From positions 2,870 through 66,869 of the forward strand of contig DATKLI010000066.1 of assembly GCA_035542455.1 (NCBI GenBank): a stretch of 64,000 nt of DNA, read 5' to 3'. Below the pieces are notes generated by a model. It was given only the letters and a program-made list of their open reading frames with translations. It searched no databases and was not told the DNA's origin. How positions within the stretch are numbered: position 1 is the stretch's first letter; every line of letters begins with the position of its first letter. This DNA comes from Thermoanaerobaculaceae bacterium. GTDB lineage: Bacteria > Acidobacteriota > Thermoanaerobaculia > Thermoanaerobaculales > Thermoanaerobaculaceae. The position numbers and the translations under genes are program-made. Shown here piece by piece: positions 1 to 9,033 of the stretch.

Positions 1-468
1 GCCCCCCGCCGCGTTCACCTTGACGGTCCCGGTCATCATGGCGCCGTGAACGGTGCAGAAGTACGGGTACGTCCCCGCGGTCATGAACGCGTAGGAGAAG
101 CTCCCAGAGGAGCGCACCCCCGAGTCCCACATCCCGCTGGCCGTGCAGCAATTTCCCGACGTCGTGGAGTGCGAGCCGCCGGCCCACATCCACGTCACCG
201 TCTGGCCCGCCTGGATCGTCGTCGTGCTGGTACCGCTCTGCGAGTCCACGAACGTGTTGCCGCTGCCTCCGACCGTGACCGTCGGGCTGGCGCCCGATCC
301 CGGGGCCGGCGTCATCTTCGGCTCGGTCGGCGTCGAGCTGTTGCTGCCGCACGCGGCGGCCACGACGAGAACGAGCGCCGGAACGCCGGCGCGCAGCACC
401 CGCGCGGCCCGCGGACGCGGGCCGGCGAGACCGGCGGCGATGAGCGAACCTCGTGAATCCCATCTCAC
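1..468 (-). CDS. Cupredoxin-domain (plastocyanin/azurin-family) copper-binding lipoprotein; C-terminus runs off the window start
   Basis: Absent from the ORF track because there is no stop in the window. My minus-strand translation starts at GTG 468, with AAGGAGG 5 nt upstream. It gives MRWDSRGS...LVLVVAAACGS (lipobox), then GGSHSTTSG and YPYFCTVHGAMMTGTVKV, a type-1 Cu ligand pattern H...C-x2-H-x2-M. Confidence 0.7.
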   Translation of the reverse strand, partial: MRWDSRGSLIAAGLAGPRPRAARVLRAGVPALVLVVAAACGSNSSTPTEPKMTPAPGSGASPTVTVGGSGNTFVDSQSGTSTTTIQAGQTVTWMWAGGSHSTTSGNCCTASGMWDSGVRSSGSFSYAFMTAGTYPYFCTVHGAMMTGTVKVNAAGG

Positions 469-830
469 AGAAGCCTCCTTTCGCGACGGCCGATGCGACC
501 GCACCTCCCCGCTCCGGCAGGCTCTACGTCTCTCACCCCGCACCGGATGTCACGGCCGCGGCGGCGGGCGTCACGGCACGGCACGCGCGTGACCGCGCTC
601 ACGCCGCCGCTGCGGCCCAAGACCCGGCCTCGCGACTCCCACGGACCGGGCGGGTAGCCGTGGCGCGCTGCGCGTCGCGCCGCCCGTGGCCGGACATGGC
701 GCGCCCAACGGAGCACGGTGGCCCGGGGAAGTAGCGAAGGACACAGACGCTCACTGTCTCGTCCCTCGCTCCTTCGCTCCCCTGCCCCTCGGCTCCTCTG
801 CTGTCTCCGATCCGACTCCGCCGACGCGCT

Positions 831-1295
831 CTACTCGACGCGCCAGTGCTCGCGCTCGGCCAGCCACCCTTCGAGCACGTGCTCCGGCGGCCGCGCGATG
901 AGCGCCCGGCACGTCGCGCTGACCTCGCCGTCGGGGAGGCGGATCTCCGCCGCCGTCAGCGAACGGCGCGCGTCGTCGCGCTCGACCCACCCGACGACCG
1001 TGAGCGGCACGCCGGTCGGGGTCGGGCGTCGGTATGCGACCTCGAGCTTGACCGTCACCCACAGCCGGTCGAAGTCACCGTCCACCATCAGCGCCCTGCC
1101 GGCGGTCTCGTCCAGCAGCGCCGCGACCACGCCGCCGTGGACGATGCCGGGGTAACCGTTGTACTCCTCGGCCACGGTGACGAGGGCGCGCACCTGCCGC
1201 GCCTCGCGGTCGTTGGTCCACCTGGCGTGGAGGCTCGCGGGGTTGTCGCGTCCGCACACGAAGCAGTACCGGGAGGTCGGCTGGGCGTCGCTCAT
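831..1295 (-). CDS. PaaI-family hotdog-fold thioesterase
   Basis: 154-aa ORF with CFVCGRDNP and GIVHGGVVAALLDE motifs typical of PaaI/phenylacetic-acid-degradation-type thioesterases. TAG stop. Confidence 0.85.
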   Translation of the reverse strand: MSDAQPTSRYCFVCGRDNPASLHARWTNDREARQVRALVTVAEEYNGYPGIVHGGVVAALLDETAGRALMVDGDFDRLWVTVKLEVAYRRPTPTGVPLTVVGWVERDDARRSLTAAEIRLPDGEVSATCRALIARPPEHVLEGWLAEREHWRVE

Positions 1296-1320
1296 GCGGG
1301 CACTATCGCACGCGCGCCAC

Positions 1321-1418
1321 AGAAGAGGAAAGAAGGAAGAGGGAAGACGGAAGAGGAAAGGCGGGACCCCAGGGGCCGCGGTTTGCCCTCTACCCTCTTC
1401 CCTCTACCGTCTTCCCTC
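1321..1418. repeat. GA-rich/CT-rich imperfect palindrome (family member 1)
   Basis: Purine-only tract at 1321-1366 faces a pyrimidine tract at 1385-1418. Positions 1339-1356 (gagggaagacggaagagg) pair with 1401-1418 (cctctaccgtcttccctc): 18 positions with 1 mismatch. It sits in the divergent promoter region. Confidence 0.75.
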
Positions 1419-1460
1419 GGCCTCCGAAGGCACTGGCCACCGAGGTGGTATGGTTCGCGG

Positions 1461-3206
1461 GTGACGCGGAGGACCTCGCTCGCCCTGGCGCTCGCTCTGG
1501 TTGCCGCGACCGTCGTCGCGTACCTGCCCGCGCTCTCGGCTGGGTTCGTCTGGAACGACGACACGTACCTGACCGACAACCCGACGCTGGACGGGACGCA
1601 CGGGTTGCGCCTGATCTGGACGGACACGAGGGCGAACGAGCAGTACTACCCCGCCGTGTTCACCTCGTTCTGGGTGGAGAAGCGGGTGTGGGGCCTCCAC
1701 CCGCTCGGCTACCACCTGGTCAACGTCCTCCTGCACGCGGGGTCCGCGCTCCTCCTGTGGTGGTTCCTGCGCCGGTTCGGGCTCCCCGGCGCCTGGGTCG
1801 CCGCCGCGGCGTTCGCGCTCCACCCGGTGTGCGTCGAGTCGGCCGCGTGGGTCACCGAGCGCAAGAACGCGCTCTCGATGCTGCTCACCCTCCTCGCCGC
1901 CCACGCCTTCGTCGCGGCGATGGACGCACGCGCTGCGGACTCGCAGCCGCCGGGAAAGCGGCGCCGTGCCGCACGGCTGCCGTGGTACCGGCGCTCGTCG
2001 GTCCTGTACCCGGCTTCGATCGCGGCGTTCACGCTGGCGCTGTTCGCGAAGACCACCGCCTGCCTCCTCCCCGCGGTGCTGCTCGTGCTCGCGTGGTGGC
2101 GGCGCGGGCGTGTGCGGGGAACCGACGTCCGGCCGCTGGTGCCGTTCTTCGCGATCGGCGCGGCGCTCGCACTCAACACGGCGTGGCTCGAGCGCACGAT
2201 GGTGCAGGCGCGGGGCGCGGAGTGGTCGCTGGGCGCGGCCGGAAGGGTCGTCCTGGCGGGACGCGCGCTCGCGTTCTACATCGGGAAGCTCGTCTGGCCC
2301 TCGGACCTCTCGTTCATCTACCCGCGCTGGACGATCGATCCGCGGGTCGCATGGCAATGGGCACCCGCGCTCGGCGCCCTCGTCGCGCTCGCGGCGGCGT
2401 GGGCGCTGCGCCGTCGGCTCGGGCGCGGACCGCTCGCCTCGATGCTCCTGTTCGGCGGCGTCGTATTTCCCGCGATGGGCTTCTTCAACGTCTACGCGAT
2501 GCGCTACTCCTACGTCGCGGATCACTTCGCGTACCAGGCGGTCGCGGTCGCGTCCGCCGCCGTCGCGTGCGGGGCCGCCGGGTCCACCGCCCGCGCGGGC
2601 GTGACGGCGCGACGGGCGGCGGCCGTCGCGGGGGTCGCCGTGCTCGCGGCGCTCGGTGTGCTGACGTTCCGCCAGTGCCGCGCCTACCGGAGCGAGGACG
2701 CGCTGTGGCGGGACGCGCTGGCCAAGAACCCGGACTGCTTCATCTGCCACACGAACTACGGGCACTGGCTCGCGGTCAACGGCCGGGTCTCCGACGCGGT
2801 GGGTCACTTCGAGGAGGCGCTTCGGCTCAAGCCGGACAACGTGCTCGCGCTGCTCAACCTCGCACGGATCGAGGAGCAGCGCGGGGACTTCGACGGGGCG
2901 GTCGCGCGCTACCGCGCCGCGCTCGCGATCGACCCGGCCGACGCGGACGCACTCGTGAACCTCGGGACGCTGTACACGAAGGCGCACAGGCCGGACGACG
3001 CGATCGCTCAGTACGAGGAGGCGCTGCGCCACCCCTCGCCGGACGACTACCTCGCCCACAACGGGATGGGCGTCGCGCTGATGCAGCAGGGGCGAGCGGC
3101 CGAGGCGGTGGAGCAGTTCCGCGAGTCGCTGCGGCTGCGCCCCGGGTACGGGATGGCGGCCGCAAACCTAGAGCGGGCGCTCGCGATGTCGGCCGCCCCG
3201 CGCTGA
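1461..3206 (+). CDS. TMTC/DUF1736-like multi-pass membrane (GT-C type) protein with C-terminal TPR repeats
   Basis: In-frame GTG at 1461 inside ORF 846..3206; the upstream part is an Arg/Pro-rich shadow. The N-terminus has TM helices and a GFVWNDD motif as in TMTC-type O-mannosyltransferase homologues. C-terminal TPRs include AVGHFEEALRLKPDN, AVARYRAALAIDPAD and AVEQFRESLRLRPGY. Confidence 0.75.
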   Translation: MTRRTSLALALALVAATVVAYLPALSAGFVWNDDTYLTDNPTLDGTHGLRLIWTDTRANEQYYPAVFTSFWVEKRVWGLHPLGYHLVNVLLHAGSALLLWWFLRRFGLPGAWVAAAAFALHPVCVESAAWVTERKNALSMLLTLLAAHAFVAAMDARAADSQPPGKRRRAARLPWYRRSSVLYPASIAAFTLALFAKTTACLLPAVLLVLAWWRRGRVRGTDVRPLVPFFAIGAALALNTAWLERTMVQARGAEWSLGAAGRVVLAGRALAFYIGKLVWPSDLSFIYPRWTIDPRVAWQWAPALGALVALAAAWALRRRLGRGPLASMLLFGGVVFPAMGFFNVYAMRYSYVADHFAYQAVAVASAAVACGAAGSTARAGVTARRAAAVAGVAVLAALGVLTFRQCRAYRSEDALWRDALAKNPDCFICHTNYGHWLAVNGRVSDAVGHFEEALRLKPDNVLALLNLARIEEQRGDFDGAVARYRAALAIDPADADALVNLGTLYTKAHRPDDAIAQYEEALRHPSPDDYLAHNGMGVALMQQGRAAEAVEQFRESLRLRPGYGMAAANLERALAMSAAPR

Positions 3207-3228
3207 CGGCGCGCCCGGGTTTCCCCGT

Positions 3229-4857
3229 TCACCGCGCCTGGAGCGCCGCGCCTCTCCGGGCGCGTGTGCCGGACGTCGCGGTGACGTCCTGCCACGCCGA
3301 CGGGAGCACCACCGCGAGCTCGTGCAGGAGTTCGTCGACGGGCTTCGAGCGGTCGAGCACGACGCGCTTGTCGCCGGCGATCTCCTCGGGGGCCTCGAAC
3401 TCGGCGAGCTGGCGGTGGTAGATCTCCCACCGCCCGTCCGATACGGTACCGGCCTTCTGGGCGCGCCGCTCGAGCCGCTCCCTGATCACGTCCTCGCTGG
3501 TGCGGCACTCGAGCAGGAGGAACGGCACCCCGAGGCGCCGCGCAAGGTCGACCGCGCCGTCCCGCTGGAGCCGCTTCGTGTAGCAGCCGTCGAGCACGAC
3601 GGAGTGTCCGACCTCGAGCAACGCCTTCGCCCGCTCGAGCATCTCGGCGTACGTGCGGTCGGTCATCTCGGGGGAGTACTCGCCCTGGTCGTACGGCAGC
3701 CACCGCCGCTCGTCGGGCGCAATCCCGACGAGCTCCTTGCGCACGACATCGGAGCGGATGAGCTGGAGCGAGTACAGCTCGCCGAGCTTGCGGGCGAGCG
3801 TGCTCTTGCCGCTGCCGGTCAGGCCGCACGTCACGATCAGCCGGCGGGGGTTGCACGCCGCTGCGTAGTGCGCGGCCAGCTCGTAGTAGTGCGAGGCCGT
3901 GGCGCGGCTCGCGTCGCGCGCCGCCGCCGGGATGTGCGGGTCGTCGGATGCGAACGAGTTGATCTTGGCGCGGACGTACGCGCGGTACGTCTTGTAGAAC
4001 GCCAGCAGCTCCAACAGCTCGGCATCGCCCGAGGCCGCGACGTACGCCTCCACGAACTTCCGGGCGAACGGCGCGTACCCGTGGAACTCCAGGTCCATCG
4101 CGAGGAAGCCGACCTCCTCGGCGGCGTCCTGGATCCGGAAGCGCTCGTTGAACTCGATGCAGTCGAAGATCCGGACCGGGTCGGTGGCGCAGATCGAGTC
4201 GAGGTGAAGGTCGCCGTGGCCGTCCACGATGCGGCGCTCCTCGACGCGCCGAGCGAACAGGCCCCCCTTGCGCTTGAAGAACAAATCGGTGGAGTTCCGG
4301 ATGAGCTCGAACGCCCGGCGCGGAAGGAGCGAGCCGATGTACTTCTCCGTCTGCGCGAAGTTCTCGTCGCAGTTGAACTTCGGCCGCTCGACCCCCGACA
4401 TCCCCTCGCCGGTGCGCGGTGCCGGGGCCCGGCGGTGGAAGTCGGCGAGCGTGACCGCGATGCGTTCGAACAGCGCCTCGTTCCCCTCCCCGCGGGCGAG
4501 CACTTGGCGGAGCATCCGCTCGCGCGGGAGCCGCCGCATCTTGACCGCGACCTCGACCGTCTCTCCAGGCCCGCCGATCGAGAGCGACCCGTCGCTCTCG
4601 TTGAGCTCGATCACGCCGAGGTAGATGTCCGGGCACAGCCGCGAGTTGAGAGCCACCTCGCGCTCGCACATCTGGCGCCGCTTGGCGAGCGTCGTGTAGT
4701 CGAGGAACCCGAAGTCGACCGGCTTCTTGACCTTGTACGCGTGAGCGTCGGTGAGGAAGATGAACGAGATGTGCGTTTGGATGACCTCGACGCCGGTGGT
4801 GGGTTCGGGGTAGAAGGCAGGGTTCGAGAGGTGCTCGACGAGCCGGTCAAGGTTCAT
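3229..4857 (-). CDS. Bifunctional aminoglycoside-phosphotransferase-like / P-loop (AAA_33) kinase protein
   Basis: 542-aa ORF. The N-terminal APH-like part carries DGHGDLHLDSI. The C-terminal part has the Walker A motif CGLTGSGKSTLA. Confidence 0.8.
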   Translation of the reverse strand: MNLDRLVEHLSNPAFYPEPTTGVEVIQTHISFIFLTDAHAYKVKKPVDFGFLDYTTLAKRRQMCEREVALNSRLCPDIYLGVIELNESDGSLSIGGPGETVEVAVKMRRLPRERMLRQVLARGEGNEALFERIAVTLADFHRRAPAPRTGEGMSGVERPKFNCDENFAQTEKYIGSLLPRRAFELIRNSTDLFFKRKGGLFARRVEERRIVDGHGDLHLDSICATDPVRIFDCIEFNERFRIQDAAEEVGFLAMDLEFHGYAPFARKFVEAYVAASGDAELLELLAFYKTYRAYVRAKINSFASDDPHIPAAARDASRATASHYYELAAHYAAACNPRRLIVTCGLTGSGKSTLARKLGELYSLQLIRSDVVRKELVGIAPDERRWLPYDQGEYSPEMTDRTYAEMLERAKALLEVGHSVVLDGCYTKRLQRDGAVDLARRLGVPFLLLECRTSEDVIRERLERRAQKAGTVSDGRWEIYHRQLAEFEAPEEIAGDKRVVLDRSKPVDELLHELAVVLPSAWQDVTATSGTRARRGAALQAR

Positions 4858-4930
4858 TGTGCCCCCGTCTTCGCATTATACGGGAGTCGTCGGCCGCAAG
4901 CAGGGGCGCGGAGTGGCGACAACCGTCCGG

Positions 4931-5014
4931 AGGTTCGAATGTTCACAGGTTCGAACGTTCCACGACGGCACCTGAACTCCCGCACCTCCAGGCAACCTTT
5001 GAACATTCGAACCT
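4931..5014. repeat. Long imperfect palindrome with ggttcgaa-type low-complexity arms
   Basis: Positions 4931-4951 (aggttcgaatgttcacaggtt) pair with 4994-5014 (aacctttgaacattcgaacct): 21 positions with 1 mismatch and a 42-nt loop. Extra ggttcgaac/gttcgaac copies occur inside and outside the stem. Confidence 0.8.
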
Positions 5015-5089
5015 ATGAACCTTCGAACAGGTGTTCCTCCTCTGCCCCTCTGCTCCTCCGCCGATCTCTCGGGGCCACCGGCTACGCCT

Positions 5090-5584
5090 CTACGACTTCG
5101 CCCCCAGCAGTTTGATCAGGAGTCGCACCTGTCCGGCGTGGTACAGGTCGTGCGCTGCGATGCCGTAGATGAGCCGGCCGGCCGTCGACCTCCCGTGCCG
5201 CTCCCCGAGCCGGCGCGCCGGGAACGAGGCGACGGCGGCGCGCAGGAGCCGGTGCGACTCGTCGAGGAGGGCGAGATCGGCTCTCCACGCGGCGGTGTCC
5301 GGGCGCTCCGGGAGCCGGGGCCAGTTGCTGGGACGGCGCGGGAACGAGCCGCGGGCGCCTTCACCCGTGAGGCGGCGGCGGACGGCGTACTTCCAGTACG
5401 CGCAGTGCAGCGCGATCTCCCAGATGCAGTGGCGCCCCGGCGCCGGCCGGCGCGCCGCCTGCGAGGCGGTCAGCCCCTTGAGCGCGCCGCGCAGGTTGGG
5501 GCCGTGCCACGCCGGCGCGTCGAACCCTTCGTCCAGGAGGTCGGTCAGGACTTTGATCGCATCCGATCCGCGGCGGTGCGCCAT
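5090..5584 (-). CDS. DinB-family protein
   Basis: 164-aa ORF with a four-helix DinB-like pattern (WHGPNL..., HCAYW, AHDLYHAGQV). TAG stop. Confidence 0.75.
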   Translation of the reverse strand: MAHRRGSDAIKVLTDLLDEGFDAPAWHGPNLRGALKGLTASQAARRPAPGRHCIWEIALHCAYWKYAVRRRLTGEGARGSFPRRPSNWPRLPERPDTAAWRADLALLDESHRLLRAAVASFPARRLGERHGRSTAGRLIYGIAAHDLYHAGQVRLLIKLLGAKS

Positions 5585-5585
5585 C

Positions 5586-6377
5586 TCACCCTCCTCCCGA
5601 CCCGGGGGCGCGCCGTCGGTCGCGGCACAGCACTCCGTGCGGGTCGTGCGTGAAGTGGTACAGCTTGGAGACCTCGACCTCGAACTTCCGGAGCCACGTG
5701 AGGCGGTGCGACGAGAACGCGAGGAGCGTCCCCGCCACCGGTCCGGCCAGGTACACCCAAAAGGCGCGCCACACCCCCGAGACGACCGCCGGTCCCAGGG
5801 TGCGGGCGGGGTTGGTGCTGGTTCCGGAGATCGGCGCCTCCGCCCAAACCATCAGCGCGTACAGCGCGGGGAACAGCAGCGGCGTGAAGCGGCGCAGCCT
5901 CGCGTGGCCCACGAACACGAACACGCCCACGACGAGCGCGGCCGTGGTCGCGGTCTCGCCCGCCAGCGCCGTCCACGCGCCGACACCGGCGCCGGGGACC
6001 GTCGCACCGTACGCGACCGAGGCCCCGATCGGACCCCAGGCCAGCAGCGGGAGCGCGCCCGCGACCGCGCCCGCAAGCTGCGCGGCGACGTACCCGACCG
6101 CGTACCGCCCCCGCATCGTGCCGTTGAGCCAGAACGCGAGCGTCACCACCGGGTTGATGTGCGCGCCGCTGGCCTTACCGAGGGGGGAGATCGCGATCAG
6201 CGCGCCCACGCACCCGAACCCGAACCCTGTCAGGGCGCGCCGCGCGGCCTCCGACGGGATCGCCGCGGCCACCGGGCTCCCGGAGCCGAAGTCGAGGATG
6301 ACGAGCGAGACGCCGGCCGCAACGAGCAGCGCCGTGCCCGCGAACTCCGCCCAGAAGAGCGCCCACTCCGACCTCAC
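5586..6377 (-). CDS. MIP/aquaporin-family channel
   Basis: 263-aa hydrophobic ORF with SGAHINPVVT (NPV variant of the first NPA box) and TSTNPARTLGP (second NPA box). Confidence 0.85.
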   Translation of the reverse strand: MRSEWALFWAEFAGTALLVAAGVSLVILDFGSGSPVAAAIPSEAARRALTGFGFGCVGALIAISPLGKASGAHINPVVTLAFWLNGTMRGRYAVGYVAAQLAGAVAGALPLLAWGPIGASVAYGATVPGAGVGAWTALAGETATTAALVVGVFVFVGHARLRRFTPLLFPALYALMVWAEAPISGTSTNPARTLGPAVVSGVWRAFWVYLAGPVAGTLLAFSSHRLTWLRKFEVEVSKLYHFTHDPHGVLCRDRRRAPGSGGG

Positions 6378-6425
6378 GACGTCACCCCGGGCGCCGATGT
6401 TCGCGACGGCCCGGCGCGTCCACGG

Positions 6426-6782
6426 TCACTCTGCGCCCCGCGCGCCCAGGAGCGCGTCGAGCAGCTCCGGCAGCCGCTCGAGGAACACCGAGCGCGGGAG
6501 CACGACCGCGCCCGCCGCGCGAACGGCGGCGAGGCGCTCGCCCTCGACGTGGGGTCCGAAGACGAGCACCGAGGCGCCGGCCGCGGCGATGGCGCCCACG
6601 GCCGCCACCGGGTCGGCGCCGAGGGCGTCGAGGTCCGCGATCACCGCCCTGCACCCGGACCCCGTCGCCGCGGCGGCGTCAGCGAGCGCGACCGCGTCGG
6701 CGCGCCCCCGCACCGCAGCCTCCACCGGGACGCGCATGAACAGGTTCGGGATGAGCAGCCCCACTCGCACGCGCTCAGCCAC
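6426..6782 (-). CDS. Hypothetical protein (small alpha/beta, receiver-like layout)
   Basis: 118-aa ORF. Its GTG start overlaps the upstream stop as GTGGCTGA (6775-6782). Coding-like composition, but I recognise no motif. Confidence 0.5.
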   Translation of the reverse strand: MAERVRVGLLIPNLFMRVPVEAAVRGRADAVALADAAAATGSGCRAVIADLDALGADPVAAVGAIAAAGASVLVFGPHVEGERLAAVRAAGAVVLPRSVFLERLPELLDALLGARGAE

Positions 6783-7434
6783 GCAGCACCTCCAGTGCCA
6801 GCACCGGGTCGTTCGTCGTGATCGAACCCACTCGCAGCGCGGCGAGCTCGCGCATGCGCGCCGCGTCGTCCACCGTCCAGGGGTGCAGCGGGCGCCCCCG
6901 TCCCACCAGCGACTCGACCAGCCGGTGCTCCGGCGACAGCTCCACGTCCGCAGGAAGCCGCTCCGGGATGACGTCGAACACGAGCGAGCGCGAGACCGCC
7001 GGCAGCGCTCCCGCCACAGCGGCGAGCACCGTTCCGTCCGACGAGATCACGCGCGAGAAGGCGAGCCGGCGCTCCAGCAGCTCGGCGAGCGCCGGCACTC
7101 CGGGCCGGAGATCGGACGCCGGGAGCGGTTTGACCTCGACGTACAGCCACCGGTCGGCGGGCACCGCGTCCGCGACGTCCGCGAGCGTCGGCACGCCCTG
7201 GCGGCGCAGCTCCGCCAGCGCCCACGCCGCCACCGGCCGCCCCGCCCGCGTCCGGTCGTGGTGGCACACCCACGTCCCGTCCGCGCACCGCCTGACGTCC
7301 ACCTCGACGCCGTCGGCCCCCGCTGTGATCGCGGCCTGCACGCCGGCGAGCGAGTTGTCCGGGAACGCCGCGGCGAAGCCGCGGTGGCCGATGATCAGGA
7401 GGCCGGCATCCGGTGTCCGGGTTCCGAGTTCCAC
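6775..7434 (-). CDS. Glycerophosphodiester phosphodiesterase (GDPD) family protein
   Basis: Only the last 219 codons of ORF 6775..9168 look real. GTG at 7434, then LLIIGHRGF, GADGVEVDV and HPWTVDD motifs. Confidence 0.8.
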   Translation of the reverse strand: MELGTRTPDAGLLIIGHRGFAAAFPDNSLAGVQAAITAGADGVEVDVRRCADGTWVCHHDRTRAGRPVAAWALAELRRQGVPTLADVADAVPADRWLYVEVKPLPASDLRPGVPALAELLERRLAFSRVISSDGTVLAAVAGALPAVSRSLVFDVIPERLPADVELSPEHRLVESLVGRGRPLHPWTVDDAARMRELAALRVGSITTNDPVLALEVLRG

Positions 7435-7457
7435 GACACAGCTCCTCCGGGGGCGGC

Positions 7458-8216
7458 TCAGGCGAGGATCGAGTAGCCCCCGTCCACCACGACCGTCTGG
7501 CCGTGGATCATCGATGCGTACTCGGTGCACAGGAAGACGACCACGTTGGCGACGTCCTGCGGCGTGATCAGGCGCCCCGCCGGCGTGCGCCGCGCCGACT
7601 CTCCGAGCAGCTGCTCGCGGTTCGGGAAGTGCTTGAGCGCGTCGGTGTCCACCGTCCCCGCGGAGACCGCGTTGACGCGGACGCCGTGGGGCGCGAGCTC
7701 GGCGGCGAGGTGCCGCACCATCGACTCGAGAGCCGCCTTGGAGGCACCAACGGCGGTGTAGTTCGGGATCGCGCGGACCGCGCCGAGCGACGACACCGCG
7801 ACCACCGAGCGCGGCCCCTTCGCCGGCATGTGGAGGAAGTGCTGCACGAGCGGGAGCAGCGCCGCGGCGTTGATGTCCATCGTCCAGTGGAAGTGGTGCA
7901 GCGTCAGCTCCGCGACCGGCTTGAGCACGCCGGACGCGGCGTTGGAGACCAGGATGTCGAGGCCGCCCCACGCCGCTTCGATCTCGTCGAACATCCGCAG
8001 CACGTGGGCCTCGTCCGCGACGTTCCCGCGCACCAGCAGGGCGCGCGCCCCGCGCGCCTCGATCTCCTTCGCCACCGCCTCCGCCGGGCCGCGGTGGCGG
8101 AAGAAGTTGATCGCGACGTCCACCTTGAAGTCCGCCAGCGACAACGCGATGGCGCGGCCGATCCCGCGCGACGATCCGGTGACCAGGGCGCGTTTGCCCC
8201 GCAGTCTCAAGTCCAT
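7458..8216 (-). CDS. fabL: Enoyl-[acyl-carrier-protein] reductase, FabL-like SDR
   Basis: ATG at 8216 with GGAGG 8 nt upstream. ALVTGSSRGIG, NAASGVL, NYTAVGASKAALE and DTDALKHFPNRE closely track Bacillus FabL as I recall it. Confidence 0.8.
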   Translation of the reverse strand: MDLRLRGKRALVTGSSRGIGRAIALSLADFKVDVAINFFRHRGPAEAVAKEIEARGARALLVRGNVADEAHVLRMFDEIEAAWGGLDILVSNAASGVLKPVAELTLHHFHWTMDINAAALLPLVQHFLHMPAKGPRSVVAVSSLGAVRAIPNYTAVGASKAALESMVRHLAAELAPHGVRVNAVSAGTVDTDALKHFPNREQLLGESARRTPAGRLITPQDVANVVVFLCTEYASMIHGQTVVVDGGYSILA

Positions 8217-8349
8217 TGCAAGTGCCTCCGCACGCAACGATACCCGGATCTCGTCTCAACGACAAGACACCAACGGTTCGCGCGTCACGATCCCGGCTCC
8301 GGTGGTATACTTCGCGCCCCCGGCGACCGCCGGGTGCGGAGGTTGTTCT

Positions 8350-8910
8350 ATGCAGTTGGTCGCCACCGAGATGCGCGCCGGCAACATCATCGTCTACAAC
8401 GGCCAGCTCCACCGGGTGTTGCAGGTCATCCACGTCACGCCCGGCAACTGGCGCGGGATGGTGCAGTGCAAGTTGCGGAACCTCAAGACCGGCAACCAGC
8501 TCGAGCACAGGTTCCGGTCCGAGGACAGGGTCGAGAAGGCGAGCCTCGACACCCACGAGATGCAGTACCTGTACTCCGATCCGTCGGGCAACCACTTCAT
8601 GAACACCGAGACGTTCGAGCAGCTCTCGCTCACCGACGAGGTGCTCGGCGACTCGAAGGGGTTCCTGCTGCCCGACACCGTGATCACGGTCGACTTCTAC
8701 GACAGCCAGCCGGTCGGCCTCGAGCTGCCGAACACGGTGGTGCTCCAGGTCGTCGAGACGGACCCCCCGCTCAAGGGCGCGACGGCCGCCGGCGGCTCGA
8801 AGCCCGCCAAGCTGGAGACGGGCGTCACGGTCGCGGTGCCGCAGTTCATCGACACCGGCACCAAGATCGTCGTCGACACCCGCACCGGCGAGTACGTCTC
8901 CCGCGCGTAG
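8350..8910 (+). CDS. efp: Elongation factor P
   Basis: ATG at 8350 inside ORF 7828..8910. MQLVATEMRAGNIIVYNGQLHRVL...KPAKLETG...VPQFI is a classic EF-P sequence. Confidence 0.95.
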   Translation: MQLVATEMRAGNIIVYNGQLHRVLQVIHVTPGNWRGMVQCKLRNLKTGNQLEHRFRSEDRVEKASLDTHEMQYLYSDPSGNHFMNTETFEQLSLTDEVLGDSKGFLLPDTVITVDFYDSQPVGLELPNTVVLQVVETDPPLKGATAAGGSKPAKLETGVTVAVPQFIDTGTKIVVDTRTGEYVSRA

Positions 8911-9033
8911 CGACCGGGCTCCGGGTTCCCACAAGAACGAAGCCAGTAGCACAGCGTGTGCGCCCGCGCCGCTGCTACGCCCGACGTCCGGGGTCCGCAA
9001 GAACGAAACGAGCAGTGCCGTGGCGAATCGCGT

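Noticed and set aside
846-1460. N-terminal 205 codons of the 786-aa ORF 846..3206
   Set aside because: The sequence is Arg/Pro/Gly-rich and antisense to the convincing thioesterase gene. The protein-like part begins at the in-frame GTG at 1461.
1404-3059. 551-aa minus-strand ORF, and similar long ORFs (1445..3421+, 3047..4669-, 3322..5115+, 5169..6821+, 5650..7476+)
   Set aside because: Extreme Arg/Gly/Pro/Asp composition. Each lies antisense or out of frame to genes with clear family motifs, which is typical of shadow ORFs in high-GC DNA.
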